From the NCBI GenBank assembly GCA_902785365.1, contig CACZYC010000002.1:5011-69010 (forward strand): a stretch of 64,000 bases of DNA. The letters run 5' to 3'. The stretch is from an uncultured Ruminococcus sp. (lineage in GTDB: Bacteria > Bacillota > Clostridia > Oscillospirales > Acutalibacteraceae). A program made the translations under genes and the position numbers. Positions 21,006-31,036 of the stretch are shown here, piece after piece. Position 1 is the stretch's first letter. Every line of letters begins with the position of its first letter. A model generated the notes under the pieces. It saw only the letters and a program-made list of their open reading frames with translations. It did not search any database and was not told the DNA's origin.

Positions 21006-22927
21006 ACTCTTCCGAATTGTTTCTCAAGTTCGTAACGGCTTATCACAACACATACGGGTCTGCCGTGGGGACAATATCTGAGTGTAGGATCCTCATCCAG
21101 CTTATTTGCTATATCCATCAATTCTTCACGTGTGCTGATATTGCCGCCTTTTATTGCGCTTCGGCAAGCAACGTTATGGTAAATCCAATCCATCTTTTCG
21201 CTTCGAATATCAGTTTTATTCTGAGCGATATACCCTGCCATTTCTATTACAGAACTTTCAATGTCGTCAATGCCAAGATACTGCGGAGCGGCGCGGACAA
21301 TAAGTGTTCCGTTACCGAAGTCCTCAACATCAAAAGCACATTCAGTGAACATATCAAGATTGGAAATGGCGGATTCATAATCTGTTTTATTGAGAACAAC
21401 AGTCACAGGATGAAGCAGAACCTGTGAAAATCCCGCACCGCGCTCCTTCTTTAATTTTTCGTAAATCATACGCTCATGAGCGGCATGCTTATCTATGATT
21501 ACAATTTCCTTGTCGTTCTTTTCAACGATAATATATGTATTGAACGCCTCGCCGACAAGACTAAGCTTATTCTTGGGTTGTTCAATAATCGGCTTTGGTT
21601 CAGGTGTTTCAACGATAATCTCTTTTTCATTTACAACTTCATCGTTCTTCTGCTTTTCTGCAACAAAGTTGTTAATCTTTTCTTCCCTTTTAATGGATTC
21701 CTTTGAATACACCTCAAAAGGATTGTTGTCAATATCGTTGACAGAGGCGTTAACCACGGAATTTACGGGTTTAGAATTAAGCCTATCGAGCTCCGCAAAA
21801 GGATTGTCAGGCTTTTTCTCAACCTCAGGAACTGATTTTTCGAACGAAGTCCTGGTTGATACAAAAGGCTTGGGCTTGCGGATATCCGAAAAGGCGTTAT
21901 TACGAGCTTGTCCGTCAAAAGTGATTTCTTTGCGCTTGTCCCCTGTTGACAGGCTGGTCTTAACAGCGTGATAAACAGCGTCAAAAACAGGACGCTCGTT
22001 TACAAATCTAACCTGAATCTTTGATGGGTGAACATTAACGTCAATAGCCTCGAAAGGAACAGATAAATGCAATACGCAAGCAGGGAACTTGCCTACCATT
22101 ACACTTCCTTTGCAAGCTTCTTCAAGGGCAGCTGAAGCTGTCCCCGACTTTACATATCTGCCGTTAATAAAAAAGTTCTGCATACCTCTGTTAGGTCTGG
22201 CATTTACAGGGGATGAAATGTAGCCTTGTACTTTTATACCGTTAAGCTCATAATTCACTGGAATAAGTCCGTTAGCGAAGTCACGTCCGTATACCGAATA
22301 AATAACAGATTTGATCTTGTTATCACCCGATGTATTTAGCACCCTCTTACCATCTCTGATAAATGTAAAAGCTATCTCGGGATGAGAAAGAGCAATTTTG
22401 TCAATTACATTTGCAACGGCGTTGCCTTCGGACCTGTCGGTTTTTAAAAACTTCATACGCGCGGGAATGTTATAGAACAAATCACGGGCTATTATAGTTG
22501 TGCCTTTGGGACATCCCGCGTCATCAAAGGAAGCTTCTTCCCCTCCGTCAATTTCGTAAGATGTTCCAATACTCTCGCTCTCATGACAGGTGAGTATCTG
22601 AAGCTTGGAAACTGATGAAATAGAAGCCAGAGCCTCTCCTCTGAATCCCAAAGTAGAGATACTGTCAAGGTCGTTTTCTATCTTAATCTTACTTGTAGCG
22701 TGCGGTAAAAAAGCAAGTTTAACATCATCACGCAAGATACCGCAGCCGTTGTCTGTAACGCGCATAAAGGTAATACCGCCGTTTTGAATCTCAACGGTAA
22801 TATCATCTGCTCCCGCGTCTATTGAGTTTTCAATGAGCTCTTTAATCGCCGAGGCAGGTCTTTCAACTACTTCACCCGCCGCGATCAACTCAGCGACGTG
22901 CTTATCAAGTACGTTAATCAAGCCCAT
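21002..22927 (-). CDS. mutL: DNA mismatch repair protein MutL
   Basis: IAAGEVVERP, GFRGEAL, DVNVHPSK, DKHAAHERMIYE, ACR, CPHGRP. Confidence 0.98.
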   Translation of the reverse strand: MGLINVLDKHVAELIAAGEVVERPASAIKELIENSIDAGADDITVEIQNGGITFMRVTDNGCGILRDDVKLAFLPHATSKIKIENDLDSISTLGFRGEALASISSVSKLQILTCHESESIGTSYEIDGGEEASFDDAGCPKGTTIIARDLFYNIPARMKFLKTDRSEGNAVANVIDKIALSHPEIAFTFIRDGKRVLNTSGDNKIKSVIYSVYGRDFANGLIPVNYELNGIKVQGYISSPVNARPNRGMQNFFINGRYVKSGTASAALEEACKGSVMVGKFPACVLHLSVPFEAIDVNVHPSKIQVRFVNERPVFDAVYHAVKTSLSTGDKRKEITFDGQARNNAFSDIRKPKPFVSTRTSFEKSVPEVEKKPDNPFAELDRLNSKPVNSVVNASVNDIDNNPFEVYSKESIKREEKINNFVAEKQKNDEVVNEKEIIVETPEPKPIIEQPKNKLSLVGEAFNTYIIVEKNDKEIVIIDKHAAHERMIYEKLKKERGAGFSQVLLHPVTVVLNKTDYESAISNLDMFTECAFDVEDFGNGTLIVRAAPQYLGIDDIESSVIEMAGYIAQNKTDIRSEKMDWIYHNVACRSAIKGGNISTREELMDIANKLDEDPTLRYCPHGRPVCVVISRYELEKQFGRV

Positions 22928-22939
22928 TTAATCACTTCC

Positions 22940-25540
22940 CTATAATAAGTTCTTTAATTCATAAAGTAAATTCATAGCCTCAATCGGCGTTAATGTGTTC
23001 AAATCAATCTGCTCTAATTTTTCGGTTAACGCCGAGTTAGAATCAGGCATAAGACTCAATTGTTCTTCAGGTTCTTCTGCGCGCGGTTTAAGCACAGGCT
23101 GAATTGTGCTGTTTCCGCTCTCGAGTTCCTTTAGAATCTCTTTAGCTCGCTCGATTATTGTATCCGGGAGTCCCGCAAGCTTTGCGACCTCAATACCGTA
23201 ACTGTCATCTGCTCCGCCGGGAACAATCCTGCGCAGGAAGGTGATATCGTCACCGTGTTTTTTGACGGCAATATTGTAGTTGTTGACACCCTCTATCACT
23301 TTTTCCATAACTGTGAGCTCGTGATAATGAGTCGCAAAGAGAGTTTTAGCGCCGAGTTTCTTCTTGTCAACGGCATATTCGAGCACCGCTCTGGCAATAC
23401 TCATACCGTCAAATGTAGACGTACCGCGCCCTATCTCATCAAGAATTAAAAGCGATTTATTAGTTGCGTTGGTAACAATATGAGCGACCTCGCTCATTTC
23501 CACCATAAATGTGGATTGTCCCGAAGCTAAATCATCTGAAGCGCCAACTCGTGTAAAAATACTGTCGACTATACCGATTTCAGCGGATGAAGCGGGAACA
23601 AAACTGCCAATCTGAGCCATAAGTACAATTAAAGCGACTTGTCGCATATAAGTGGATTTACCCGCCATATTTGGACCTGTAATAATTGCTACTCTGTTTG
23701 CCGAACAGTTGAGATAAACATCATTTGGTACAAACGGCGCACCTTTTAAAAGCAGTTCTACAACAGGATGGCGGCTGTCCTTGAGCACAATTTTATCGGA
23801 AAGATTCACTTCAGGTCTTGTATAGCGATTATCGGAAGCGACATTCGCCAAAGAATTAAAAACGTCAAGCGCAGCTATACAGGAAGCTGTACACTGGATA
23901 CGCTCAAGATTTTCAGCAGTCTTTTTGCGAATACTGTCAAAAAGCTCATATTCAAGGGCTACCGCTTTATCTTTGGCTCCAAGTATTCTGCCCTCAATTT
24001 CCTTTAAATCCTGTGTAATATATCGTTCACAATTGGTAAGCGTCTGTTTGCGGATATATGTTTCGGGAACCATTTCTTTGTAGGAATTAGTAACTTCAAT
24101 ATAATATCCGAATACACGGTTATATCCTACTCTTAATTTGGGAATACCTGTTAATGCGCGCTGTTCTTCCTCAATTTTAGACAGTAAACCGGTTGAATCG
24201 TTCATATCGGAGCTGACCGAGTCAAGCTCTTTGTTGTATCCGCGCTTAATCATTCCGCCTTCTTTAACGGAGAAAGGCGGTTCCTCGACAATAGCGTCAT
24301 CAATAAGCTTATATATATCCTCCAAAGTGTCAAGATTAGCGTGGATTGTTTTGAGCATTGTTGATTTACAATCTTTCAGTAAAGCTTTAATATCAGGGAG
24401 CTTCTCCATAGCGGAAGCAAGAGAACGGAGTTCTCTCGCGTTAGCGGAACCATAAACTATTTTGGTCATAATACGCTCAATATCAAGGATTCCAATTAAC
24501 GCCGCTGTCAAATCAAGTCTGAGGACTGTTTCATTTACAAGCTCCTCGACAGCGCTCTGACGGTTAATTATCTTTGTGATATTCAGCAAGGGCTTGTCTA
24601 TCCAACTGCGCAGAAGCCTCTTTCCCAAAGAGGTCTTTGTCTTGTCGAGAACCCAGAGTAATGAACCTTTCTTCTCCTTATTGAGCATAGTTTGAGTAAG
24701 CTCAAGGTTGCGCTGAGTGTTAAAGTCAAGCTTCATAAACTGGTCTTCCGAGTAAATATTTATATGAGAAATACGCTCTAGCCCTGTTTTCTGAGTATCT
24801 TTAAGGTACGAAATAAGAGCGCCTACTGCAGAAACAACCAAATGCTTGTCCTCGATTGAGGAGTAATCGTTCTTAAACTGTGTTTTTACAATATCAAGAC
24901 ATGTTATGTAGGCAAAATTTTCGTCAGGATACATCTCCACCGAAGCCGAAAGCTTGTCCTTAATAAAAATAGAAAGTTCCTCAAATTTAACGACATCTCC
25001 GCCGATTAAAATCTCGCGGGGGTTGTAACTGGAAAGCTGAACTTTGATCTTTTCGACAATGTCCTTACCTTTGAATTCAGTAACGTATAATTCTCCTGTG
25101 GAAATATCGCAGAAACACATCGCAACATTTTTGCCCTCGCAGTACACACAGGAAATGTAGTTGTTAAGGCTTTCGTCAAGCATACTGCTCTCGATAACCG
25201 TACCGGGAGTTACAACTCGTACAATATCGCGTTTTACGATGTTTTTAGTTTTGGAGGGATCCTCCATTTGCTCACAAATAGCGACCTTATATCCTTTTTG
25301 AACCAGTCTGGCTATGTACCCTTCGCAGCTGTGATATGGCACACCGCACATAGGAGCACGCTCCTCCAGTCCGCAGTCGCGCCCTGTAAGAGTAAGCTCA
25401 AGTTCCTGAGAAGCAAGTTTAGCGTCGTCGAAAAACATCTCGTAGAAGTCGCCGAGGCGGAAGAACAGAATGCTATCCTTATTTTCTTCTTTAATTTTTA
25501 AATATTGTTGCATCATCGGGGATAATTTCTGTTCAGCCAA
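22940..25540 (-). CDS. mutS: DNA mismatch repair protein MutS (TTG start)
   Basis: SPMMQQY, FRLGDFYEMF, TGPNMAGKSTY, DEIGRGTS, SYGIEVAKLAG; TTG 25540 behind AAAGGAG. Confidence 0.98.
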   Translation of the reverse strand: MAEQKLSPMMQQYLKIKEENKDSILFFRLGDFYEMFFDDAKLASQELELTLTGRDCGLEERAPMCGVPYHSCEGYIARLVQKGYKVAICEQMEDPSKTKNIVKRDIVRVVTPGTVIESSMLDESLNNYISCVYCEGKNVAMCFCDISTGELYVTEFKGKDIVEKIKVQLSSYNPREILIGGDVVKFEELSIFIKDKLSASVEMYPDENFAYITCLDIVKTQFKNDYSSIEDKHLVVSAVGALISYLKDTQKTGLERISHINIYSEDQFMKLDFNTQRNLELTQTMLNKEKKGSLLWVLDKTKTSLGKRLLRSWIDKPLLNITKIINRQSAVEELVNETVLRLDLTAALIGILDIERIMTKIVYGSANARELRSLASAMEKLPDIKALLKDCKSTMLKTIHANLDTLEDIYKLIDDAIVEEPPFSVKEGGMIKRGYNKELDSVSSDMNDSTGLLSKIEEEQRALTGIPKLRVGYNRVFGYYIEVTNSYKEMVPETYIRKQTLTNCERYITQDLKEIEGRILGAKDKAVALEYELFDSIRKKTAENLERIQCTASCIAALDVFNSLANVASDNRYTRPEVNLSDKIVLKDSRHPVVELLLKGAPFVPNDVYLNCSANRVAIITGPNMAGKSTYMRQVALIVLMAQIGSFVPASSAEIGIVDSIFTRVGASDDLASGQSTFMVEMSEVAHIVTNATNKSLLILDEIGRGTSTFDGMSIARAVLEYAVDKKKLGAKTLFATHYHELTVMEKVIEGVNNYNIAVKKHGDDITFLRRIVPGGADDSYGIEVAKLAGLPDTIIERAKEILKELESGNSTIQPVLKPRAEEPEEQLSLMPDSNSALTEKLEQIDLNTLTPIEAMNLLYELKNLL

Positions 25541-25569
25541 ATCACTCGCTCCTTTCCTGAATAAATGTT

Positions 25570-25974
25570 TTAACCGCAGCCTCCGCAAGTAGCGCAACTG
25601 CCTGTGCATGAGGCGTCATAATCAGTGGTGTCGGGATCCTCTCCCGCAATACAATTTTGCAGTATGGTATTAACTCTGACTGATAATGTATCGAATTTCT
25701 GTTTAGCCTCGTTATACGCAATCATATTCTCGTTAGACATAATATCCGAATATACTTTTTGCATTTCGGTGTTTAGTTTCTGGATTCTTTCAGGGTCCTT
25801 CTGAGCCTTAGCGTTCTCAGTGTTGATAGATAACCTTTTTAAGTTAAATTCTTTGATAAGTTCCTGAAGCTCGGTATCCGCGTCAGCGGCTTTCTCGGCG
25901 TCCTTCATTTTTTTATAGCTCTCATCAGCCTGCAAAGACCTTCCAAGCTCTCTTACCTGTTCAATTATATCCAT
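25570..25974 (-). CDS. YlbF/YmcA (Ric/Com_YlbF) family protein with Cys-rich tail
   Basis: Helical protein between miaB and mutS, the position of B. subtilis ymcA; ends CTGSCATCGGCG. Confidence 0.75.
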   Translation of the reverse strand: MDIIEQVRELGRSLQADESYKKMKDAEKAADADTELQELIKEFNLKRLSINTENAKAQKDPERIQKLNTEMQKVYSDIMSNENMIAYNEAKQKFDTLSVRVNTILQNCIAGEDPDTTDYDASCTGSCATCGGCG

Positions 25975-25976
25975 AA

Positions 25977-27398
25977 TTAATTGTCCTCCTTAATAAACTC
26001 GCCTTTCAGAATCCAGTTTCCCGCTTTGGTAACCCTGACATTCTGAAAAGTTCCTATTAAATCTTTATCGCCTTTGGCTTCAACAATAATATTGCCTGAA
26101 GTTCGGGCGTTTAATATATTATCTTTACCTTTCTCGCTCTCCACAAGCACCTTCTGAGTTGTTCCAACCATCGAAGCGCATCGCTTTGAAGCTATTTCTT
26201 CCTGTACGCTCAAAAGCTCCTTGAACCATTCGCCCTTTTCTTCATCCGAAACAGGATCATCCATCGATGCGGCAGGCGTGCCTACACGCGGAGAATAAAT
26301 AAACGTAAACAGTGAAGTGTACTCAACCTCTTTAATGAGAGAAAGAGTTTGTTTGAAGTCCTCGTATGTTTCACCCGGGAAGCCTACTATAACATCACTC
26401 GTCAGACTGACGTCGGGAATCTTTGACTTGGCGTAATTGACGATATCAAGGTATTTTTGCCTGTCATAATGGCGGTTCATTGCTTTAAGGATCCTGTCAC
26501 TTCCGGATTGGAAAGGCAAGTGCAGATGCTTGCTGATGTGTTTTGACTGAGCTATAACATCAATGAGCTCTCGGGTACAATCTTTAGGATGAGAAGTCAT
26601 AAACCTCAGCCAATAATCGCCTTCTATATCGTCTATTTCTTTTATTAGCTCTGCAAAGCTCAGGCTGTCCTTGAGGTTCTTACCATAAGAATTTACATTT
26701 TGTCCGAGAAGTGTTATATCCTTATAGCCCGAGCTAATCATATCACGAGCTTTGGAAAGTATAATACTGCTCTTTCGACTGCGCTCGCGTCCTCTGACAT
26801 ACGGCACAATACAATAAGTGCAAAAGTTATTGCAACCATACATTATAGGGAGCCATCCTTTAAAGGAACCGTCACGCTTTACAGGTATACCCTCGTGCAC
26901 GAGATTATCGTCGTTATCTCTCAGATAAACCCTTTTACTGCCCGATAAAGCTTTGTATAATAACTCGGGAAATTGATGCAAAGCATGAGTACCGAAAACA
27001 AGCCCAACATAAGGAAAGCTCTTGTACATTCTCTCGGCAATATGCTTCTGCTCCATCATACACCCACACAAAGCAATAAGCGTATTCGGATATTTTGCTT
27101 TCAGATTTTTCAAGGCACCGACATTACCGAAAACCCTGTCCTCGGCGTGTTCCCTGACAGCGCAAGTGTTGAATAGTATGAAATCGGCGTTGTCGGGTTT
27201 ATCGTTAAAAATAAATCCCGAAGCCTCAAGCATGCCTTTTATTCTTTCGCCGTCCGCAACATTCTGCTGGCATCCGTAGGTGCGTATAAACGCGACAGGC
27301 TTTTCGCCGCGCTTACGATTTTGCATTATCTCATATACTAAATCAATATACTCATTTTGAGTATAATCGAAGTCATTGACAGTGCTGAATTTTTCCAT
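25977..27398 (-). CDS. miaB: tRNA-2-methylthio-N6-dimethylallyladenosine synthase
   Basis: TYGCQQN, NTCAVRE, radical SAM GCNNFCTYC, C-terminal TRAM domain; ATG 27398. Confidence 0.96.
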   Translation of the reverse strand: MEKFSTVNDFDYTQNEYIDLVYEIMQNRKRGEKPVAFIRTYGCQQNVADGERIKGMLEASGFIFNDKPDNADFILFNTCAVREHAEDRVFGNVGALKNLKAKYPNTLIALCGCMMEQKHIAERMYKSFPYVGLVFGTHALHQFPELLYKALSGSKRVYLRDNDDNLVHEGIPVKRDGSFKGWLPIMYGCNNFCTYCIVPYVRGRERSRKSSIILSKARDMISSGYKDITLLGQNVNSYGKNLKDSLSFAELIKEIDDIEGDYWLRFMTSHPKDCTRELIDVIAQSKHISKHLHLPFQSGSDRILKAMNRHYDRQKYLDIVNYAKSKIPDVSLTSDVIVGFPGETYEDFKQTLSLIKEVEYTSLFTFIYSPRVGTPAASMDDPVSDEEKGEWFKELLSVQEEIASKRCASMVGTTQKVLVESEKGKDNILNARTSGNIIVEAKGDKDLIGTFQNVRVTKAGNWILKGEFIKEDN

Positions 27399-27435
27399 AT
27401 AGAAAAAATACCCCAATCTTAAACATATCTGTAAA

Positions 27436-27464
27436 ATTATAGCACAAATAAAAAAATAATACAA
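27436..27464 (-). promoter_or_regulatory. SigA-type promoter of the miaB-mutSL-miaA-division operon
   Basis: TTGTAT, 17-bp spacer, TATAAT. Confidence 0.55.
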
Positions 27465-27499
27465 TACCAAATACGCTATATTTTGTGGATATTTTATTC

Positions 27500-28138
27500 T
27501 TATCGTACAATATCTGCGAATGTTGAAGGAGTTGTGCCCACTATTACAGTTTGAGCGATTTCATAATCAGTGACAAATGTATTTTGTTCTTTATACTCAG
27601 GGCTGATTGTAATTATATCTGTTGAGACTACAAGCTTAATATGGTGGACTGTTTGATTAACGCCTCCGCTTTCAAATGTACTTTTAAGTGTGCAATTTAC
27701 AGAACCGGTCAACATAAAATTAATTTCGATTTCAGGACCGACGTTATTTAGAACGGTTACATCGGTAAAAGCGCCTATCGGTAATCCAAAACTGTACATT
27801 GGCTTATTATCGAGCTTTTGTTGAATCTCTCTGGTTACTTTTGATTTGAACTTATTAACGTTGATTGTGTTCTCGCTAATCGACTTTACATCTCCGCTGT
27901 CTGAATAATTTATTGTTACTAAATCAGAATATGTAAATTCTGTTTTGCTTTGTATTTCGTCGATTGTCTGAGCAATTATTTTTGAAGAGTACATTTTAGA
28001 CATACTTTTAACATACTTCCTCGTAAATGGAATCGCCTGTATTTCAAAGATTACAACCACAGCTAATATAAAAGCTGCAATCGTGATGATTATTTTTTTG
28101 ATCTTATTGTTTTTAGTGTTTTTAGATTTACAAAGCAA
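27500..28138 (-). CDS. yunB: Sporulation protein YunB
   Basis: N-terminal TM helix, LPIGAFT...GPEIEI, FESGGVNQTVHHI, ETVIVG-like QTVIVGTTP. Confidence 0.85.
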   Translation of the reverse strand: MLCKSKNTKNNKIKKIIITIAAFILAVVVIFEIQAIPFTRKYVKSMSKMYSSKIIAQTIDEIQSKTEFTYSDLVTINYSDSGDVKSISENTINVNKFKSKVTREIQQKLDNKPMYSFGLPIGAFTDVTVLNNVGPEIEINFMLTGSVNCTLKSTFESGGVNQTVHHIKLVVSTDIITISPEYKEQNTFVTDYEIAQTVIVGTTPSTFADIVR

Positions 28139-28171
28139 AAAAACACCCCTCGTTATACTACACGAGAGGTG
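28137..28171 (-). terminator. Terminator after efp-CD1247-like gene, overlapping the yunB SD and start
   Basis: 10-bp stem CACCTCTCGT / ACGAGGGGTG (one G-U) followed by 7 T. Confidence 0.65.
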
Positions 28172-28187
28172 CTCTAAATGTTACATT

Positions 28188-28592
28188 TTAAAACGGGAGT
28201 TCCTCACTATCATCTTTATCTGCGTCAAAGAGACTTGAAAAGTCAAATTCCAATACACCGCCGCAGTTGGGACAATTGATTTCTCCCTCAATGAGAGTAT
28301 CCTCATCGACTACAACCTCAGCTCCGCAATCGGGACAGGTTACTTCGTAGTCGGGATTCTCCTCGTCGAAGTCATCGAACTCATCGTCAAAATAATCTTC
28401 ATCATAATATTCATCTTCGATTTGATCAACGCGTTCTTCCATTGCGTTCATTTCATCAGTAATGTCATAGAGCAAATCGAGCATAGCATCGATAAGCTTG
28501 CCCTCGGGTTTTAATTTATCAAGGTCTAAACCCTCAGCTAAACCTTTAAGATAAGCTGCTTTTTCAGAAGGGCTCATATATTCGTATGCCAT
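28188..28592 (-). CDS. Acidic zinc-ribbon protein (CD1247 N-terminal domain type)
   Basis: N-terminal AAYLKGLAEGL helix, Asp/Glu-rich linker, CPDC...CPNC ribbon, ends DDSEELPF. Confidence 0.75.
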   Translation of the reverse strand: MAYEYMSPSEKAAYLKGLAEGLDLDKLKPEGKLIDAMLDLLYDITDEMNAMEERVDQIEDEYYDEDYFDDEFDDFDEENPDYEVTCPDCGAEVVVDEDTLIEGEINCPNCGGVLEFDFSSLFDADKDDSEELPF

Positions 28593-28601
28593 AATAACTC
28601 C

Positions 28602-29159
28602 TTACGCTCTGCCGAGATACTCGCCTGTGCGTGTATCAATCTGAATAACCTCACCCTCGTTAATAAACAGAGGAACCTTGACCTCAGCGCCTGTCTCAAC
28701 AGTAGCGGGTTTTGTAGCGTTGGTAGCTGTGTTGCCTGCAAAACCGGGGTCAGTCTTAGTAACCTCGAGCTCAACAAAGTTGGGGGGCTCCACACCGAAC
28801 ACGTTGCCCTTGTAGGAGAGAATCTTGCACATCATATTCTCCTTGACAAACTTGAAGTTATCGCCGAGAACGCTCGCGTTAATAGGAATCTGCTCCCATG
28901 TTTCTGTATCCATAAAGTAATAGAGCTCGCCATCGTTATAGCTGTACTCCATATCTTTTCTCTCGATAAACGCTGTGGGATATTTATCGTTAGGGTTAAA
29001 GGACTTTTCAACAACAGCGCCTGTAATAACGTTTCTGATCTTTGTTCTTACAAAAGCCGCGCCCTTACCCGGTTTAACATGCTGGAACTCAATGATGGAA
29101 ACAACCTGTCCATCCATTTCAAAAGTTACACCGTTCCTGAAATCACCTGCAGAAATCAT
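28602..29159 (-). CDS. efp: Elongation factor P
   Basis: [14 protein letters not shown] loop, [23 protein letters not shown]. Confidence 0.98.
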   Translation of the reverse strand: MISAGDFRNGVTFEMDGQVVSIIEFQHVKPGKGAAFVRTKIRNVITGAVVEKSFNPNDKYPTAFIERKDMEYSYNDGELYYFMDTETWEQIPINASVLGDNFKFVKENMMCKILSYKGNVFGVEPPNFVELEVTKTDPGFAGNTATNATKPATVETGAEVKVPLFINEGEVIQIDTRTGEYLGRA

Positions 29160-29201
29160 AATTATACCTCCTGATAAATAATTACATAAATTGTTAATCT
29201 A

Positions 29202-29230
29202 ATTATACATAAAAACAAATAAAAAAGCAA
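29202..29230 (-). promoter_or_regulatory. SigA-type promoter of efp
   Basis: TTGCTT, 17-bp spacer, TATAAT. Confidence 0.55.
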
Positions 29231-29233
29231 GTA

Positions 29234-30316
29234 TTATACAATAATAAGTTCTTTCGACAAAGCGGCAAAATTAAAACAGCTGTCCCGCTTAACAAGAACC
29301 ATATCCTCAATACGAACGCCAAACCTGTTTTCGAGATAGATCCCAGGTTCAACTGTAATGACCATATTTTCGGACAAAATCATTTCACTTTTAGTGCTTA
29401 CATAAGGCATTTCGTGGATATCAAGTCCTACGCCGTGTCCTGTTGAATGGCCGAAACACTTGCCGTAACCATGTTCAGTTATTATATCCCGCGCGGTCTT
29501 GTCGATGTCACTCGCCTTAACCCCTGATTTTACACCAGACAAAGCTGTTGTCTGAGCATCATAAACAATGTTATAAATCTCACGTTGATATTCATCACAT
29601 CTTTTTACGGCAACCGTGCGCGTCATATCGCTGTGATAACCTTTGTAAAGCGCTCCTATATCCATCGTAAAAAAGTCGCCTTCGCGGATAATATTGTCAC
29701 CCGGAACACCGTGAGGTAACGAAGTGTTTTTTCCTGTGATAGTTATCAAATCAAACGAAACACCGTCTGCGCCGAATTTTCTTAAAAGATATTCAAGCTC
29801 TACGGCTACGGTTCTTTCGGTCACTCCGGGCTTTACATAATTGAGGACTTCGATGTATGCCTTTTCGGTTATTTTCTGCGCTTCCGCTATAAATTTAATT
29901 TCAGCGTCACTTTTAATAATCCTCAGATTATTAATTGCCTTAATGAGGGTGTCGTCTGAAATAACAGAAATTCCAACGGAGTTAAACTCTTGAATTAATC
30001 TGTTATACAAGCATAAAGTTACACTGTCGTTCTCAATCAAAAGAGAATTAATGCAACAATCCTTTAAAACAGTTTTAAGGCTGTTATATAAAGATGTAAA
30101 CTCAACAACCTTACAGTAACTACAATTTTTCTTTGCGGATTCATAGTACCTAAAGTCGACAAAAAGAAATGATTCGTCATTAGTTACAAGGATATATCCC
30201 TCACAGTTTTGGACACCCGAGAAATAATAAACATTATTGCTGTTATTTATTAACGCAGCTTGAGATTTATTGAGTACAGCGCGAATACCGTTAATTCTTT
30301 GCTCAAAAGTGTTCAA
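29234..30316 (-). CDS. Xaa-Pro aminopeptidase/dipeptidase (M24B)
   Basis: PHG, DIG..Y.GYHSDMTRT, HSTGHGVGLDIHE, TVEPGIY, GVRIED. Confidence 0.92.
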   Translation of the reverse strand: MNTFEQRINGIRAVLNKSQAALINNSNNVYYFSGVQNCEGYILVTNDESFLFVDFRYYESAKKNCSYCKVVEFTSLYNSLKTVLKDCCINSLLIENDSVTLCLYNRLIQEFNSVGISVISDDTLIKAINNLRIIKSDAEIKFIAEAQKITEKAYIEVLNYVKPGVTERTVAVELEYLLRKFGADGVSFDLITITGKNTSLPHGVPGDNIIREGDFFTMDIGALYKGYHSDMTRTVAVKRCDEYQREIYNIVYDAQTTALSGVKSGVKASDIDKTARDIITEHGYGKCFGHSTGHGVGLDIHEMPYVSTKSEMILSENMVITVEPGIYLENRFGVRIEDMVLVKRDSCFNFAALSKELIIV

Positions 30317-30748
30317 CTAAATCAATTCCTTTAAGGCTTCAATAGCCAAAAAATAGCTTTGCTTGCCAAACCCTGCGATTTGTCCTTTGCATACGGGAGC
30401 AATTACGGAGATATGACGAAACTCCTCACGCGCGTGAATGTTGGACATATGAACCTCTATAAAAGGAACATCCACACAAGCTATAGCGTCACGCAAAGCA
30501 TAGCTGTAATGCGTCAACGCGCCGGCGTTAATAACAACACCGTCAAAAGAATCTTTAGCCGAATGTATCTTATCAATTAAATCACCCTCATGATTTGATT
30601 GATAAATCTCCGCTTTATATCCGTTATTCTCAGCATACTTGATAATCTGAGAATTGATATCCTCAGCGGTTTCGGTACCGTACACACCTTTTTCACGTAC
30701 TCCGACCATATTGAGGTTGGGACCTAATAATACTAATACTTTTTTCAT
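30317..30748 (-). CDS. aroQ: Type II 3-dehydroquinate dehydratase
   Basis: GPNLN..G.RE..VYG, QSNHEG, NAGALTHYS, EVHMSNIHARE.FR. Confidence 0.95.
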   Translation of the reverse strand: MKKVLVLLGPNLNMVGVREKGVYGTETAEDINSQIIKYAENNGYKAEIYQSNHEGDLIDKIHSAKDSFDGVVINAGALTHYSYALRDAIACVDVPFIEVHMSNIHAREEFRHISVIAPVCKGQIAGFGKQSYFLAIEALKELI

Positions 30749-30777
30749 AATTAACTCCTGTTGAATAAAAGTATAAA

Positions 30778-30799
30778 AGCGGACAGTAAGCCTGTCCGC
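30778..30799 (-). terminator. Terminator after rpsU
   Basis: gcggacag-taagc-ctgtccgc stem followed by TTTT on the minus strand. Confidence 0.7.
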
Positions 30800-30806
30800 T
30801 TAAATA

Positions 30807-30983
30807 TTACCTATATTTGCGTTTGCGAGCTGCTTCGGATTTTTTCTTGCGCTTTACGGAAGGCTTTTCATAAGCTTCTCTCTTGCGAACCTCAGCAATT
30901 ACGCCAGCTCTGGCACACTGTTTTTTGAATCTTCTCAATGCGCTTTCGAGAGATTCATTTTCTTTAAGTCTTACCTCTGACAT
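30807..30983 (-). CDS. rpsU: 30S ribosomal protein S21 (58 aa, below the ORF-track cutoff)
   Basis: Manual translation [58 protein letters not shown]; SD GGGAGG. Confidence 0.97.
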   Translation of the reverse strand: MSEVRLKENESLESALRRFKKQCARAGVIAEVRKREAYEKPSVKRKKKSEAARKRKYR

Positions 30984-31036
30984 TTTCTATTTCCCTCCCA
31001 TCTTAAATGGGTAATTTGCAAAATAATGCATTAGTT

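Noticed and set aside
28340-28440. Short tcatc/tcgtc repeats here and in sepF (17940-18020)
   Set aside because: They encode Asp/Glu/Tyr-rich linkers; no constant repeat-spacer period, so not CRISPR or a VNTR
28188-28592. LysW-like amino-group carrier for EF-P modification
   Set aside because: LysW needs a C-terminal Glu (EDWGE); this protein ends in LPF and no ligase gene is adjacent
30992-31011. CCCAT-TTAAG-ATGGG hairpin overlapping the rpsU SD as a possible S21 autoregulatory element
   Set aside because: Only 5 bp; could be chance and cannot be supported without comparative data
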